Of a DNA stretch of 32,000 bases, positions 7,710 to 16,191 are shown piece by piece (position 1 is the stretch's first letter; each line of letters opens with the position of its first letter). The position numbers and the translations under genes were made by a program. The notes under the pieces were generated by a model. The model made no database searches. It was not told the origin of the DNA and saw nothing but the letters and a program-made list of their open reading frames with translations. Source of the DNA: Pyrodictium abyssi (GTDB lineage Archaea; Thermoproteota; Thermoprotei_A; Sulfolobales; Pyrodictiaceae). The stretch is from assembly GCF_036323395.1 (NCBI RefSeq), contig NZ_AP028907.1, positions 1,950,001-1,982,000 of the forward strand, written 5' to 3'.

Positions 7710-7969
7710 CCCAGCCTGAGCGCCATGACGCGGTGCATCTCCGGCCCCATAGCCCCATGGAAGGGTTCGGCCACTGCCTCGCAGCCAGTAGCCTCCATGA
7801 CCGCCCTCTTCACGAGCCTGGCTACCACGTCGCAGTCGCTGAGCCTCTGCGGTATGGCACCCATGGCTAGCAGCCCCTTCATTATCTCCTCGAGGTCCGG
7901 CACCGTCCTGCCACTGCAATCCGTGATGATAACCTGCAGCAGGCACTGCCCCACCACGAACAAGGCCAC
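7706..7969 (-). CDS. Hypothetical protein (up to 87 aa)
   Basis: ORF within the gapless minus-strand gene array. Confidence 0.5.
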   Translation of the reverse strand: MALFVVGQCLLQVIITDCSGRTVPDLEEIMKGLLAMGAIPQRLSDCDVVARLVKRAVMEATGCEAVAEPFHGAMGPEMHRVMALRLG

Positions 7970-7972
7970 GGC

Positions 7973-8110
7973 CTAGCCCTCCTCTTCGCACTTCACGGTG
8001 GCCGGGACGATGACGCTGCTGTAGAGCCACTCGAGGAACACGGCTCTGGCATCCTCCACGTTCTCCGCGACGACCTGGCTCTCGACGCGGCAGCGGTAGA
8101 GCCTCGCCAC
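7973..8110 (-). CDS. Hypothetical 45-aa protein
   Basis: Hand-translated: VARLYRCRVESQVVAENVEDARAVFLEWLYSSVIVPATVKCEEEG; fills the only gap in the gene array; below the track length cutoff. Confidence 0.45.
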   Translation of the reverse strand: MARLYRCRVESQVVAENVEDARAVFLEWLYSSVIVPATVKCEEEG

Positions 8111-8114
8111 CGTG

Positions 8115-8333
8115 CTACACCTCGACCTCAAAGACCAAGGCTCTAGAATCGTGGCGGAGGACGGTGGGGCTGTGGCGAGGGCGGCGCGGCAGGGGCAGGC
8201 CCTGCTCGCGGAGGTACCGCTCTATTGCTTCGCGTATGACCTCGCTCCTCGTGACGTGCTGAGCCTTGGCCACCTGGTCAAGCTCCTTTACTATGCACTC
8301 GTCAACCTTGAACGTGACTACACGCATCGGCAT
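8115..8333 (-). CDS. Ribbon-helix-helix (CopG/Arc-like) transcriptional regulator
   Basis: 'MRVVTFKVDECIVKELDQVAKAQHVTRSEVIREAIERYLREQ' is a classic RHH N-terminus. Confidence 0.85.
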   Translation of the reverse strand: MPMRVVTFKVDECIVKELDQVAKAQHVTRSEVIREAIERYLREQGLPLPRRPRHSPTVLRHDSRALVFEVEV

Positions 8334-8338
8334 GGCTG

Positions 8339-8827
8339 CTACCCCGTTTTCGCGCCCCAGTATGGGTGGGCGTACTCTGCGGGGACCCGGGCGTAGGCTA
8401 GGATGAGGGCCGCTGCCACTGCAAGCTTATTGTCTTGGCCATAGCACTGCATCTTACAGTCAACGAGCGCGCCGGTGTTCTTGGCTCTTAGCTCTGCCTG
8501 GCAGCCCTTGTAGTCGTATATGCACTGTATGCCTAGCACATAGCTCTTGGACCTGGCTATCACTCTCACATCGTATGTGCCGGCTTTCTTCGTGACCTGC
8601 GGCTTTTCGCCTAGGATTAGCTCGAACGCCTTCACGAGCCTCTCGGTGTCGATACAGCTTATGCAGCCCGGCGGCACGTAGAAGAGTATGCTGCCGCCGA
8701 AGGCCCGCGCGTCTGGCAGCTCCTCAACCAGCTTAGCGGCCTCCTCGCCCAGCAGCCTAGCTACACGCTTCCGAGCCTCCCGCCGTTCCTCCACAACCCA
8801 GTCCAAGCCCATAGCCACACTAACCAC
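8339..8827 (-). CDS. Cys-containing hypothetical protein (162 aa)
   Basis: 'YVPPGCISCIDTERLVKAFELILGEKPQ...IQCIYDYKGCQAE...VDCKMQCYGQDNKL'; adjacent to RHH gene. Confidence 0.6.
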   Translation of the reverse strand: MVSVAMGLDWVVEERREARKRVARLLGEEAAKLVEELPDARAFGGSILFYVPPGCISCIDTERLVKAFELILGEKPQVTKKAGTYDVRVIARSKSYVLGIQCIYDYKGCQAELRAKNTGALVDCKMQCYGQDNKLAVAAALILAYARVPAEYAHPYWGAKTG

Positions 8828-8830
8828 CCC

Positions 8831-9136
8831 CTACGCGCAATCAGAAGAAGCAAAGGACTCCGGAGAGCGGAGCAGAGACTCGACATCACTCTCAAGAAGC
8901 CTTAGACGCGGTAGGAGCTCGGAAACAGGGACACCCTCCCCGAGCTCCTCCTGCAGCTCAGTAAGCCTCACGAGAAGCCGGCACGCCGCGGCCACAACGC
9001 GGGAGCAGCGACTCCTATAAGCCAGGTCCGCCACACGGTTCTTGAGAAGACGTATCCGGGCCTCGAGCGCCTCCACAGGAAAAACTATATGGTGAGACGC
9101 CCTCTTACCCACAACCACAGAGGCTCCCACAGACAC
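8831..9136 (-). CDS. Helical/coiled-coil hypothetical protein (101 aa), first gene of the array
   Basis: Leu/Arg-rich heptad-like sequence; 3 nt upstream of 8339..8827. Confidence 0.55.
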   Translation of the reverse strand: MSVGASVVVGKRASHHIVFPVEALEARIRLLKNRVADLAYRSRCSRVVAAACRLLVRLTELQEELGEGVPVSELLPRLRLLESDVESLLRSPESFASSDCA

Positions 9137-9546
9137 CTTGGCCCCTCCGGGCCCCCGTGGGGCACAGGTGCCCCCGGGAGGCCCACAAATTGGGTAGGGA
9201 CACTACCGATTTATAGCTTGCTCTGGAGACCATAGACTGGGCTCCTACATGCTATGTTCCGCTTGGGAGTGGCTAGGGGCTGCGGCTTCTCTGCTGCACG
9301 GTGCCCTGCTAGTCTTTTCTTTGAGTCCGGCCGGAAACGCAAGGGGAGTTTAATGGGCCGCGCCAGCCTTTTCTTAGAACCGGTAGGGTGCCGGGCAGGG
9401 TTTATCAGGGAGTCTTCTGCCTGTCAGGCACATAGGGGAGCTACGCGTAATACACGTATATTACGCCCCAGGCTGCCCGGGCCGGCATTTTCGGAGAAGC
9501 CTCGTCACCTCCGATATGCGTCTCCCCCGTGGGTGCCGGTTTGATG

Positions 9547-10071
9547 GCTGCGCGGGTCTGGCTCACGCCCGAGGAGTGGGCCCTACTCATAATTGGGCTC
9601 GCCGGCAGCGAGCTCAGAGGAGCGACTACTCTACAGAAGCTGGGCTTCCTCGGCGTAATGGAGGCTGGCGGCGAAGGCCTCGAGTACGTGCCGTGGAAGT
9701 ACGGACCCTTCAGCGAGGACCTACACGAGGCGGTTAAGCAGCTGCGTCGCGAGGGCCTCCTCAAGCGCCATGTTGTGTTCGAGAACAGGATGCTCTATAC
9801 AGCCACGGTCTACGTCTACGAGCTGACCCCCCGGGGGGAGGCCGAGTTTCGCAAACTCCTCCGCCGGCTTGAGAAGGAGCACCCTGACTTCCTCCGCAGG
9901 ATGAGGGAGATAGTTGAGGAGTGGAAGGACAAGCCGTTCCACTTACTCTACTACGTCTACAAGCGCTACAAGGACTGGACATACTTCAGCGAGATAAGAG
10001 ACGAAGTAATGAGGCTAGGAAGGCTCCTCGAGCGTCAAGGCGAGCGCCAGAGCAAAACTCGCGGAAGCTAG
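9547..10071 (+). CDS. Winged-helix-like hypothetical protein
   Basis: 'TTLQKLGFLGVMEAGGEGLEYVPWKYGPFSEDLHEAVKQLRREGLL...YELTPRGEAEFRKLL' resembles DUF4065/SocA-like or PadR-like winged helices; internal ATG start. Confidence 0.65.
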   Translation, partial: AARVWLTPEEWALLIIGLAGSELRGATTLQKLGFLGVMEAGGEGLEYVPWKYGPFSEDLHEAVKQLRREGLLKRHVVFENRMLYTATVYVYELTPRGEAEFRKLLRRLEKEHPDFLRRMREIVEEWKDKPFHLLYYVYKRYKDWTYFSEIRDEVMRLGRLLERQGERQSKTRGS

Positions 10072-10690
10072 GAACCTCGCTTGCCTCGCGATAGCCTAGA
10101 ACCGTGTAAACTCTTCTAGCACGCTCAAACAACATGTTGCAGACATCTTTTCTCATATCCTCGCTCCTCCATCCGATAGCTACCACTAGGACAATCATTG
10201 CTATGAGCATTCCTGCAGTTATGGTCTCGAGGCTTAGCAGTCCTTGTGGAAAGTTGCGTGGTGCTTCGTTGATCATGTACGCTGCAAGGTTGGCTAGGAT
10301 TGGCGGGGCTACACTAAGAAGGACACCATGTTGTATAGTGGGGAGTTGTTGCGTTCTCTCCACGATTCTACCGCTTAGCCTGTATATTTCGCCAATACTC
10401 TGTTGAAGCTCTGCACGAAGATTTTTCAAAACCTGCATATAAAGTGCTTGGTCCTCTTCTGTGCTCGCCTCTACAGTGCTGCGTGGTGGGTAAGGTACAG
10501 AGGTAGCGATGTTATTGTTGAGACCAATTAGCTCTGCAAGTTTGGTTTCCAGGACATCGGCGTCCTCGCTGTCAAGTTTAGACTCAAGATCATGAATGCG
10601 CTCTCTAAGCTTTACAGCCCTATACATGAGTATTCCAGTGACGGAGGATGCAGCACCTCCCAGAAGGGTTGCTAAAAAGCTAAACGGCAA
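9986..10690 (-). CDS. Predicted membrane protein with coiled coil (234 aa)
   Basis: N-terminal hydrophobic segment, 'LRERIHDLESKLDSEDADVLETKLAEL' coiled coil, C-terminal pair of hydrophobic segments. Confidence 0.6.
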   Translation of the reverse strand: MPFSFLATLLGGAASSVTGILMYRAVKLRERIHDLESKLDSEDADVLETKLAELIGLNNNIATSVPYPPRSTVEASTEEDQALYMQVLKNLRAELQQSIGEIYRLSGRIVERTQQLPTIQHGVLLSVAPPILANLAAYMINEAPRNFPQGLLSLETITAGMLIAMIVLVVAIGWRSEDMRKDVCNMLFERARRVYTVLGYREASEVPSFREFCSGARLDARGAFLASLLRLLSR

Positions 10691-10702
10691 CCTAGCAACC
10701 CT

Positions 10703-11155
10703 CTAGGCAGGCTCAACAACTATCCGAGAACCCTCGATACGGATACGGACAAAGAGAGGCTCTCCTAGCGCTTCATACACCCATTTAGGAATCGGGATAC
10801 GCAGTGAACTCTTACGGTCGCGACGCACTTTAACATCGCCATTCTCATATACTGGTTCATAGATAGCTCTCTTTGCCTCTGTGCGAACTTTGTACTCGCC
10901 GTCAGGCAAAGACGCTCTTACATAAACCGCGTAGATGCGGCCATAGCGGGAAACTTTCCTCACGATTTCTTCTTCGCTTGCCGTGGGTCGTATTCGGGCT
11001 TCTACCTCCTTTAGGGCTAGTATTCTTTCATGGGGGGCTAGGCCACGCAGAATGTCAAGTATGCTGTCAACTGCTCTTGCTACACTTAGACTCATTTCTT
11101 GTGCCCCCGGGGTTTTAGCATCCCGGGGTATGACCTTTTGTGCTTCGGTGGCCAT
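10703..11155 (-). CDS. Hypothetical protein with AbrB-like C-terminal motif (150 aa)
   Basis: C-terminus 'GDVKVRRDRKSSLRIPIPKWVYEALGEPLFVRIRIEGSRIVVEPA' resembles AbrB/SpoVT; 12 nt upstream of the membrane protein gene. Confidence 0.6.
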   Translation of the reverse strand: MATEAQKVIPRDAKTPGAQEMSLSVARAVDSILDILRGLAPHERILALKEVEARIRPTASEEEIVRKVSRYGRIYAVYVRASLPDGEYKVRTEAKRAIYEPVYENGDVKVRRDRKSSLRIPIPKWVYEALGEPLFVRIRIEGSRIVVEPA

Positions 11156-11218
11156 GAAAAGACCCCTTCGCGTGAACTTAGGGTCGAAGATGAGGGGGAA
11201 GGCCCGCAGCTGGGGTGG

Positions 11219-11291
11219 AGCCGCCGCCGGGATTCGAACCCGGGACCTCCGCCTTACCAGGGCGGCGCTCTGCCGGCTGAGCTACGGCGGC
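11219..11291 (-). tRNA. tRNA-Thr(GGT)
   Basis: Reverse complement folds as a full cloverleaf: acceptor GCCGCCG/CGGCGGC, D-arm GCTC..GAGC, anticodon stem CCGCC/GGCGG with loop CTGGTAA (anticodon GGT), T-arm CCGGG-TTCGAAT-CCCGG, discriminator T (as in archaeal tRNA-Thr). Confidence 0.95.
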
Positions 11292-11432
11292 ACGCTCCAG
11301 TGCTACCGGCTCTACCCGTGGTCCCGGGTAAATCCCTTACGGCTCCATGTCGCGTGGCTTGTCTGATTGGGCTACAGTAGCAGTATTATTCCGGTAGAGC
11401 CTATCCGCCCTTCCCCCGGGGTGCTGGGTAGA

Positions 11433-12434
11433 ATGAGCTACAAGCTGCCAAAAGCGCTTGTAACGACGGTTGTCGGTAGCTACCCTAAGCTGCCGGAGGC
11501 CGAGCAAGCTATCCAGAAGAGGAAGCATGGCCTCGTGAGCGAAGAGGAGTTTCACGAGCTCGTCAAGCCCGCTATAAAGGCTGTGGTTATGGACCACATT
11601 GAGGCTGGTGTGGACGTCATAAGTGATGGCGAGCAAGCGCGCGAGGACATGGTAGTGTACTTTGCCGAGAGGCTGGGTGGCTACAGGAGCGGCGACTGGG
11701 TCCGCATATTCGATAACGTGTACTTCCGTAAGCCCGTGGTGGCCTCCCGGCTGAGCTACATAGCCCCGATGGCTGTGGCTGACTGGGAGTATGCGAAGAG
11801 CGTAGCCCAGGGTAGGCCTGTCAAGGCTATAATAACTGGCCCCTATACTATGGTTGACTGGAGCTTCGACCTCGCCTACGGTGACCGCCGCGAGCTAGTA
11901 CTGGAGATGGCCCGGGTGCTACGCCACGAGATAGAAGAATTCGCGCGCCGAGGCGCCGAGTTCATACAAGTAGACGAGCCAGCTCTATCAACTAGGCCCT
12001 ACCGCGAGGAGGCCGAGCTCCTACGCGAGGCCCTCGAGATAATGTTCAAGGGCATCAGCGCCAAGAAGATCATACACATATGCTTCGGCAGGATAGAGAA
12101 GATACTACCCTATGCCCTCGACTTCCCCGTGGACCAGATAGACCTAGAGTTCAAGAACAGTAACTTCCGCCTTCTACCATACCTTAAAGAGTACGGCTTT
12201 GACAAGGAGCTAGGCTACGGCGTAATAGACGTGCACAGCACCCGCATAGAGAGTATAGAGGAGATAAAGAACGACATCTACCGGCTCATAAAGATGGACA
12301 TCATACCGCCAGAGAAGATATACATAGACCCCGACTGTGGTGTTAAGAGGCTCCCACGCGAGATAGCGAAGGCAAAGCTACGTAACATGGTCAAAGCGGC
12401 GCGCGAGGTACGCCGCGAGCTAGGATACGAGTAG
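11433..12434 (+). CDS. metE: Methionine synthase, vitamin-B12-independent type catalytic domain (archaeal MetE core)
   Basis: '[17 protein letters not shown]', '[13 protein letters not shown]', '[13 protein letters not shown]', 'IHICFGR', '[12 protein letters not shown]'-like end ('[31 protein letters not shown]'). Confidence 0.88.
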   Translation: MSYKLPKALVTTVVGSYPKLPEAEQAIQKRKHGLVSEEEFHELVKPAIKAVVMDHIEAGVDVISDGEQAREDMVVYFAERLGGYRSGDWVRIFDNVYFRKPVVASRLSYIAPMAVADWEYAKSVAQGRPVKAIITGPYTMVDWSFDLAYGDRRELVLEMARVLRHEIEEFARRGAEFIQVDEPALSTRPYREEAELLREALEIMFKGISAKKIIHICFGRIEKILPYALDFPVDQIDLEFKNSNFRLLPYLKEYGFDKELGYGVIDVHSTRIESIEEIKNDIYRLIKMDIIPPEKIYIDPDCGVKRLPREIAKAKLRNMVKAAREVRRELGYE

Positions 12435-12625
12435 CCAGCCCCTGAACAACAACGCGTGGTGCACCATAGTCTTTCTCATTCCTTATGTTTTACCGCAGCA
12501 CCGCGTTCTCCTCTGCAGCCTGGGAGCCAGGAGCCACCACCAGCAGCGTAGAGGGTATTGGCTTATGCTATGGTATGCGAGTGTGATGCCGTGACAACGG
12601 CCAAGGGTAAACGAGGGATGCTGTC

Positions 12626-13840
12626 ATGGTGGTGGAAGGGCTACCCTATCCAACTAAGAGGATAAAAGAGGGGAAAGCAGAGATAATAATTCCAGACCCG
12701 GATGCTTATCGCCGTAAAGACGGTGTATACGAGCCAGCATGGGCGCCAGTATTCTATAACCCGCGGATGCGCTTCAACCGCGACCTTGCTGTGCTGTTTG
12801 CCAATGCTTACCGGGAGCTGGCAGGACTAGAACGACTCGTAGTAGTGGAGCCTCTAACGGGTAGCGGTGTCAGAGCAATACGCTATGCAGTGGAATCTGG
12901 TGCGCGAGTGTATGCAGCAGACATAGACCCTGATGCTGTGCACTTAGCCAGGATCAATGTAGAGAACAACGGTGTGGCAGACCGTGTAACCGTTGAACGT
13001 GCTGATGCGAACGAGTACCTAGCTCGGCTGAAGAGGGAGGGAATAAGACCATCAATAGTAGATATAGACCCCTTCGGAAGTCCAGCCCCGTTCATAGATA
13101 CGGCTATACAGTCGATAAGTGTACGGGGAGTACTGGCGGCAACGGCCACGGACACAGCCCCGCTTTCCGGTACACATTCTCGCGCCCTGCGCCGGAGATA
13201 CGACGTAAAGCCAGCTCGTACTGCATGGGAGAAAGAGCAGGCTGTGAGAATCCTTGTGGGCTACATAATAAGGAGGGCGGCGAGCCACGAGTATGGAGCA
13301 CGCATACTTCTAGCATACTACGCAGACTACTACGTGAGGATATATGCCGAGATTAGGCGGGGTGCATCGCGGGCAGATGAAAGCCTCTCAATGCTAGGCT
13401 ATGGTGTCTACTGCCCCTACTGTGGCTACACGGGATACACCGATACGCCAAGTCATCAATGCCCCTACTGTGGGGGTAGCCTCCAAGTTGTAGGCCCCCT
13501 TTACCGGGGGCCGCTATGTGACCCCGAACTTGTTAAGCGTATGAGGAGGCTAGCTGAGGAGGAAAACACTACGCTGGCAGAACATAGGCGTATAACTAGG
13601 CTGCTTGAACAGCTGGAGGCCGAATGCAGTATAACAAAGCCGTACTATCGGCTCGATAGGCTGTGCAGTATACTGCGCATGAACATGCCAAAGCTGGCTC
13701 AGCTCGTAGACGCTCTCCGCGCCAGAGGCTATAAGGCTACGCGTACACACTTTGACCCACGCGGGTTCAGGACAGACGCGCCACACCCAGAAGTAGTCAA
13801 TACCCTAATAGAGCTACGGACAAGACCTGACCAGGTGTAG
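12626..13840 (+). CDS. trm1: tRNA (guanine26-N2)-dimethyltransferase Trm1
   Basis: 'EGKAEIIIPDPDAY', 'FYNPRMRFNRDLAV', 'EPLTGSGVRAIRYA', 'DIDPFGSPAPFIDTAI', 'LAATATDTAPLSG', 'CPYCGYTG..CPYCGG', 'RTHFDPRGFRTDAP'. Confidence 0.95.
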   Translation: MVVEGLPYPTKRIKEGKAEIIIPDPDAYRRKDGVYEPAWAPVFYNPRMRFNRDLAVLFANAYRELAGLERLVVVEPLTGSGVRAIRYAVESGARVYAADIDPDAVHLARINVENNGVADRVTVERADANEYLARLKREGIRPSIVDIDPFGSPAPFIDTAIQSISVRGVLAATATDTAPLSGTHSRALRRRYDVKPARTAWEKEQAVRILVGYIIRRAASHEYGARILLAYYADYYVRIYAEIRRGASRADESLSMLGYGVYCPYCGYTGYTDTPSHQCPYCGGSLQVVGPLYRGPLCDPELVKRMRRLAEEENTTLAEHRRITRLLEQLEAECSITKPYYRLDRLCSILRMNMPKLAQLVDALRARGYKATRTHFDPRGFRTDAPHPEVVNTLIELRTRPDQV

Positions 13841-13928
13841 CCAGTAGCCCGGCTACAATAATACGTAGCCAAGCTGCTACCGATACCAGGTTTGGCCTCC
13901 GCTGTGCATCGTCGGCATTAGCAGTGTT

Positions 13929-14378
13929 TTAGACAGCCATAGCCTGCTTTAGCCTAGCTATTTTGGCTGCTAACCAGTTGGCTAGCACGGGGCACGTAGT
14001 TGGATCGAAGAAGCCCCCGTTATGGCAGCGCTCGAGGTTCTTGCAGCTGAAGCACGGTACCTCTATCACGCTGCCTATCTTTATATCGATAGTAACTGCT
14101 TGCTTTGAACGCTTGGCTATGAAGAGCTTGTATGTGCGCCTGCCTTTGTGTACTGTTGGCTCACGTGTTATGAGGCCCTTCTTGAGGAGCCTTAGAGCCA
14201 GCCTCGAACCTTCTCGGCTGTCAAGACCTAGGGTTTTCCATAGTTCGTGCTGGTAGATGCCCTCGTCTCCATGGGCCTTGATTATCTCGAGAGCCTTTGC
14301 CTCGAGGTCCTCGAGGCTCTTCTTCTCGCCGACGGAGGGCTCGATAGCGGCTGCCAAGGCCTCTAAATCCCCCACCAT
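13929..14378 (-). CDS. Archaeal Rpc34/C39-like winged-helix protein with [4Fe-4S] cysteine motif
   Basis: wHTH ('IYQHELWKTLGLDSREGSRLALRLLKKGLITREP') followed by 'VPCFSCKNLERCHNGGFFDPTTCPVLANWL', matching the C-terminal Cys motif of RNA Pol III subunit C39/Rpc34. Confidence 0.8.
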   Translation of the reverse strand: MVGDLEALAAAIEPSVGEKKSLEDLEAKALEIIKAHGDEGIYQHELWKTLGLDSREGSRLALRLLKKGLITREPTVHKGRRTYKLFIAKRSKQAVTIDIKIGSVIEVPCFSCKNLERCHNGGFFDPTTCPVLANWLAAKIARLKQAMAV

Positions 14379-14764
14379 GCACCGGTTCTACATTTGTGAT
14401 TGTTGGTATTCTCCCGGGGTGCCCGGGTGGACACCATGACTTTGTGTATGTCTGGGCTGGCCCTATAACCTTATCCCAATCTGGTTCTACGGTTTACCAT
14501 GCTCAGAGCATAATGAAGCAGCATAAGGACCGGTCTATAAAATCGTTGTGTAGCTAAAGAGAGGCTAGGCCAAACTATAGGAGTACAACAATAATAGGAG
14601 AACGTAGCCAGGGCAGCAGCGTGTTAGAGATAGAATCCTGAGGTATATGATCAGGAGTAGTGGAAAATGCTAACAGTATTATGCCCGGCAGCCGTGAAAA
14701 CAAGTCATGCCCAAAAGCTACGTGAGGCCACATATCGCGTCAAAGTGTTTAATGCGACTACTGT

Positions 14765-15646
14765 TTAGAGTCGTACCTCGATATAGAAGTTGTCGACTAT
14801 GTCGCGGTACCGGTTGCGTATGGTAGCATCGGTTACACCTATAGCCTTAGCCACCGTTAGCTGGTTTCTCTTCTGGTCAAGCAGTATAGAAGACACGTAC
14901 ACAGCGGCAGCCGCCAGGGCCTCTGGTGGCTTCCCCTGCGCAAGTCCTGTCCTTGCAAGCAGTACAGTAAACCTTGTAGCCAGTGCCTCAACTTCACCGC
15001 TCAGCCCAAGCTTAGATGCTATTCTAGACACGTACATCTGCGGCTTAGGTGGCGTAGCAACACGAACCTTTAGCCTGGTCACTATACGGCGGTAAGCTCT
15101 CCATACGTCTTGCTCGTTGAGGCCAAGTATATCGGCGGCATCACGCATAGTAAGGGGGTGCCTTTCGATACGTGCAGCAACTACAGCAGCAGCCGCGAGA
15201 TACTCGTTCACGTTATTCTTCTTTATCATGCCGAGGGATTGTAGCTGTCTAACGATACGGGCCATCGTCTCTGCTACGCGTGACGGCAGCTGCAGTCTTG
15301 TCGCTACACGGTTGGCTTCCTGGAGCACCTTGATGAGCTTCTTGTGGCCGTGGCTCCGCAGGCTCGCTTGTATAGCAATGAGCTTCCGTGCACGTATATC
15401 GTTCCTAGGAGCATAGATGTACGTCGTAAGACCCTTGTCGTGTACACGCTCCGTAAGCGGCGCGCCTACACGGCTCCTCCTTGTTCTATCCTCCTCGGTA
15501 AAGCTGCGCCACTCGGGCCCAGAGTCTATAGGCGACTCCTCAATAACATAGCCGCACGATGTACATACCAGCCTACCGTCGCTCTGCCTACGTGCATACA
15601 GACGTAGAGGTGAGCCACAGTTCGGGCACTTGTCAGACATAATCAT
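14765..15646 (-). CDS. tfb: Transcription initiation factor B (TFB)
   Basis: Zn ribbon 'CPNCGSPL...LVCTSCGYVI', B-reader 'GPEWRSFT..DRTRRSRVGAP', two cyclin repeats, 'VTDATIRNRYRDIV'. Confidence 0.97.
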   Translation of the reverse strand: MIMSDKCPNCGSPLRLYARRQSDGRLVCTSCGYVIEESPIDSGPEWRSFTEEDRTRRSRVGAPLTERVHDKGLTTYIYAPRNDIRARKLIAIQASLRSHGHKKLIKVLQEANRVATRLQLPSRVAETMARIVRQLQSLGMIKKNNVNEYLAAAAVVAARIERHPLTMRDAADILGLNEQDVWRAYRRIVTRLKVRVATPPKPQMYVSRIASKLGLSGEVEALATRFTVLLARTGLAQGKPPEALAAAAVYVSSILLDQKRNQLTVAKAIGVTDATIRNRYRDIVDNFYIEVRL

Positions 15647-16062
15647 CTCTTACCCCTCCTGCCGCGCGGCCTCCCGCCTCCGCCACCCCCTCTACGCCGC
15701 TCTCCACGCCTGGGCTGCCCTCTCCCAGCGCCCTGGCGGCGCGCCTCTGTCCTCTGTTTCCCGCCTTTACGCTGGCGTGGTGGCTTCCTCGCCTGCCTCC
15801 TGCCACGTCTCCGCCGCGGAGTAGGCGGCCTATAGTAGAGCCTCGTGCCCTCCCCAACCCGTACTTCGCGTGATGAAGGCTTAACTACTGCGTAGGGGGA
15901 GGCAACAGGGCCAATTATGTCCAGGAGTATACCCACCCTGTTCATGTCCTCGTCGTAGACTGCAGTATTGAGTGGCGGTACACTGTCGTCTTCTCTCTCT
16001 AGCTTTGCTACTATGTACCCATTAGGGGTCGTGTGAAGCACCGTGCCAAGCCTCTTCAGCAT
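15643..16062 (-). CDS. gar1: H/ACA RNP protein Gar1
   Basis: 'LGTVLHTTPNGYIVAKLE...LNTAVYDEDMNRVGILLDIIGPVASPYAVVKP' plus an RG-rich tail; ATGA overlap with tfb, a frequent archaeal arrangement. Confidence 0.92.
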   Translation of the reverse strand: MLKRLGTVLHTTPNGYIVAKLEREDDSVPPLNTAVYDEDMNRVGILLDIIGPVASPYAVVKPSSREVRVGEGTRLYYRPPTPRRRRGRRQARKPPRQRKGGKQRTEARRQGAGRGQPRRGERRRGGGGGGRPRGRRGKR

Positions 16063-16191
16063 AAGACGTGCCCTCGTTGCTGGGGGTGGCGGGCGGCTCC
16101 TATTAGTTACAATGAAGTAATCAGAATAGGGGGACGAAGCGGGTTAAAAGCCACAGGACCCGTAGTACCGAGCCATCCAGGCGGTACGGCA

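Noticed and set aside
9254-9544. 96-aa plus-strand ORF
   Set aside because: Composition is not protein-like and it overlaps the start of the better-supported 9547..10071 gene.
10983-11380. Plus-strand ORFs 10983..11366 and 11099..11380 with 'GIRTRDLRLTR / DSNPGPPPYQGG'
   Set aside because: This is the well-known spurious translation of an antisense tRNA (here tRNA-Thr).
15870-15905. TGATGA followed by a guide-like stretch, possible C/D box sRNA
   Set aside because: Lies within the Gar1 coding frame (…KPSSREV…) and lacks a proper CTGA D box.
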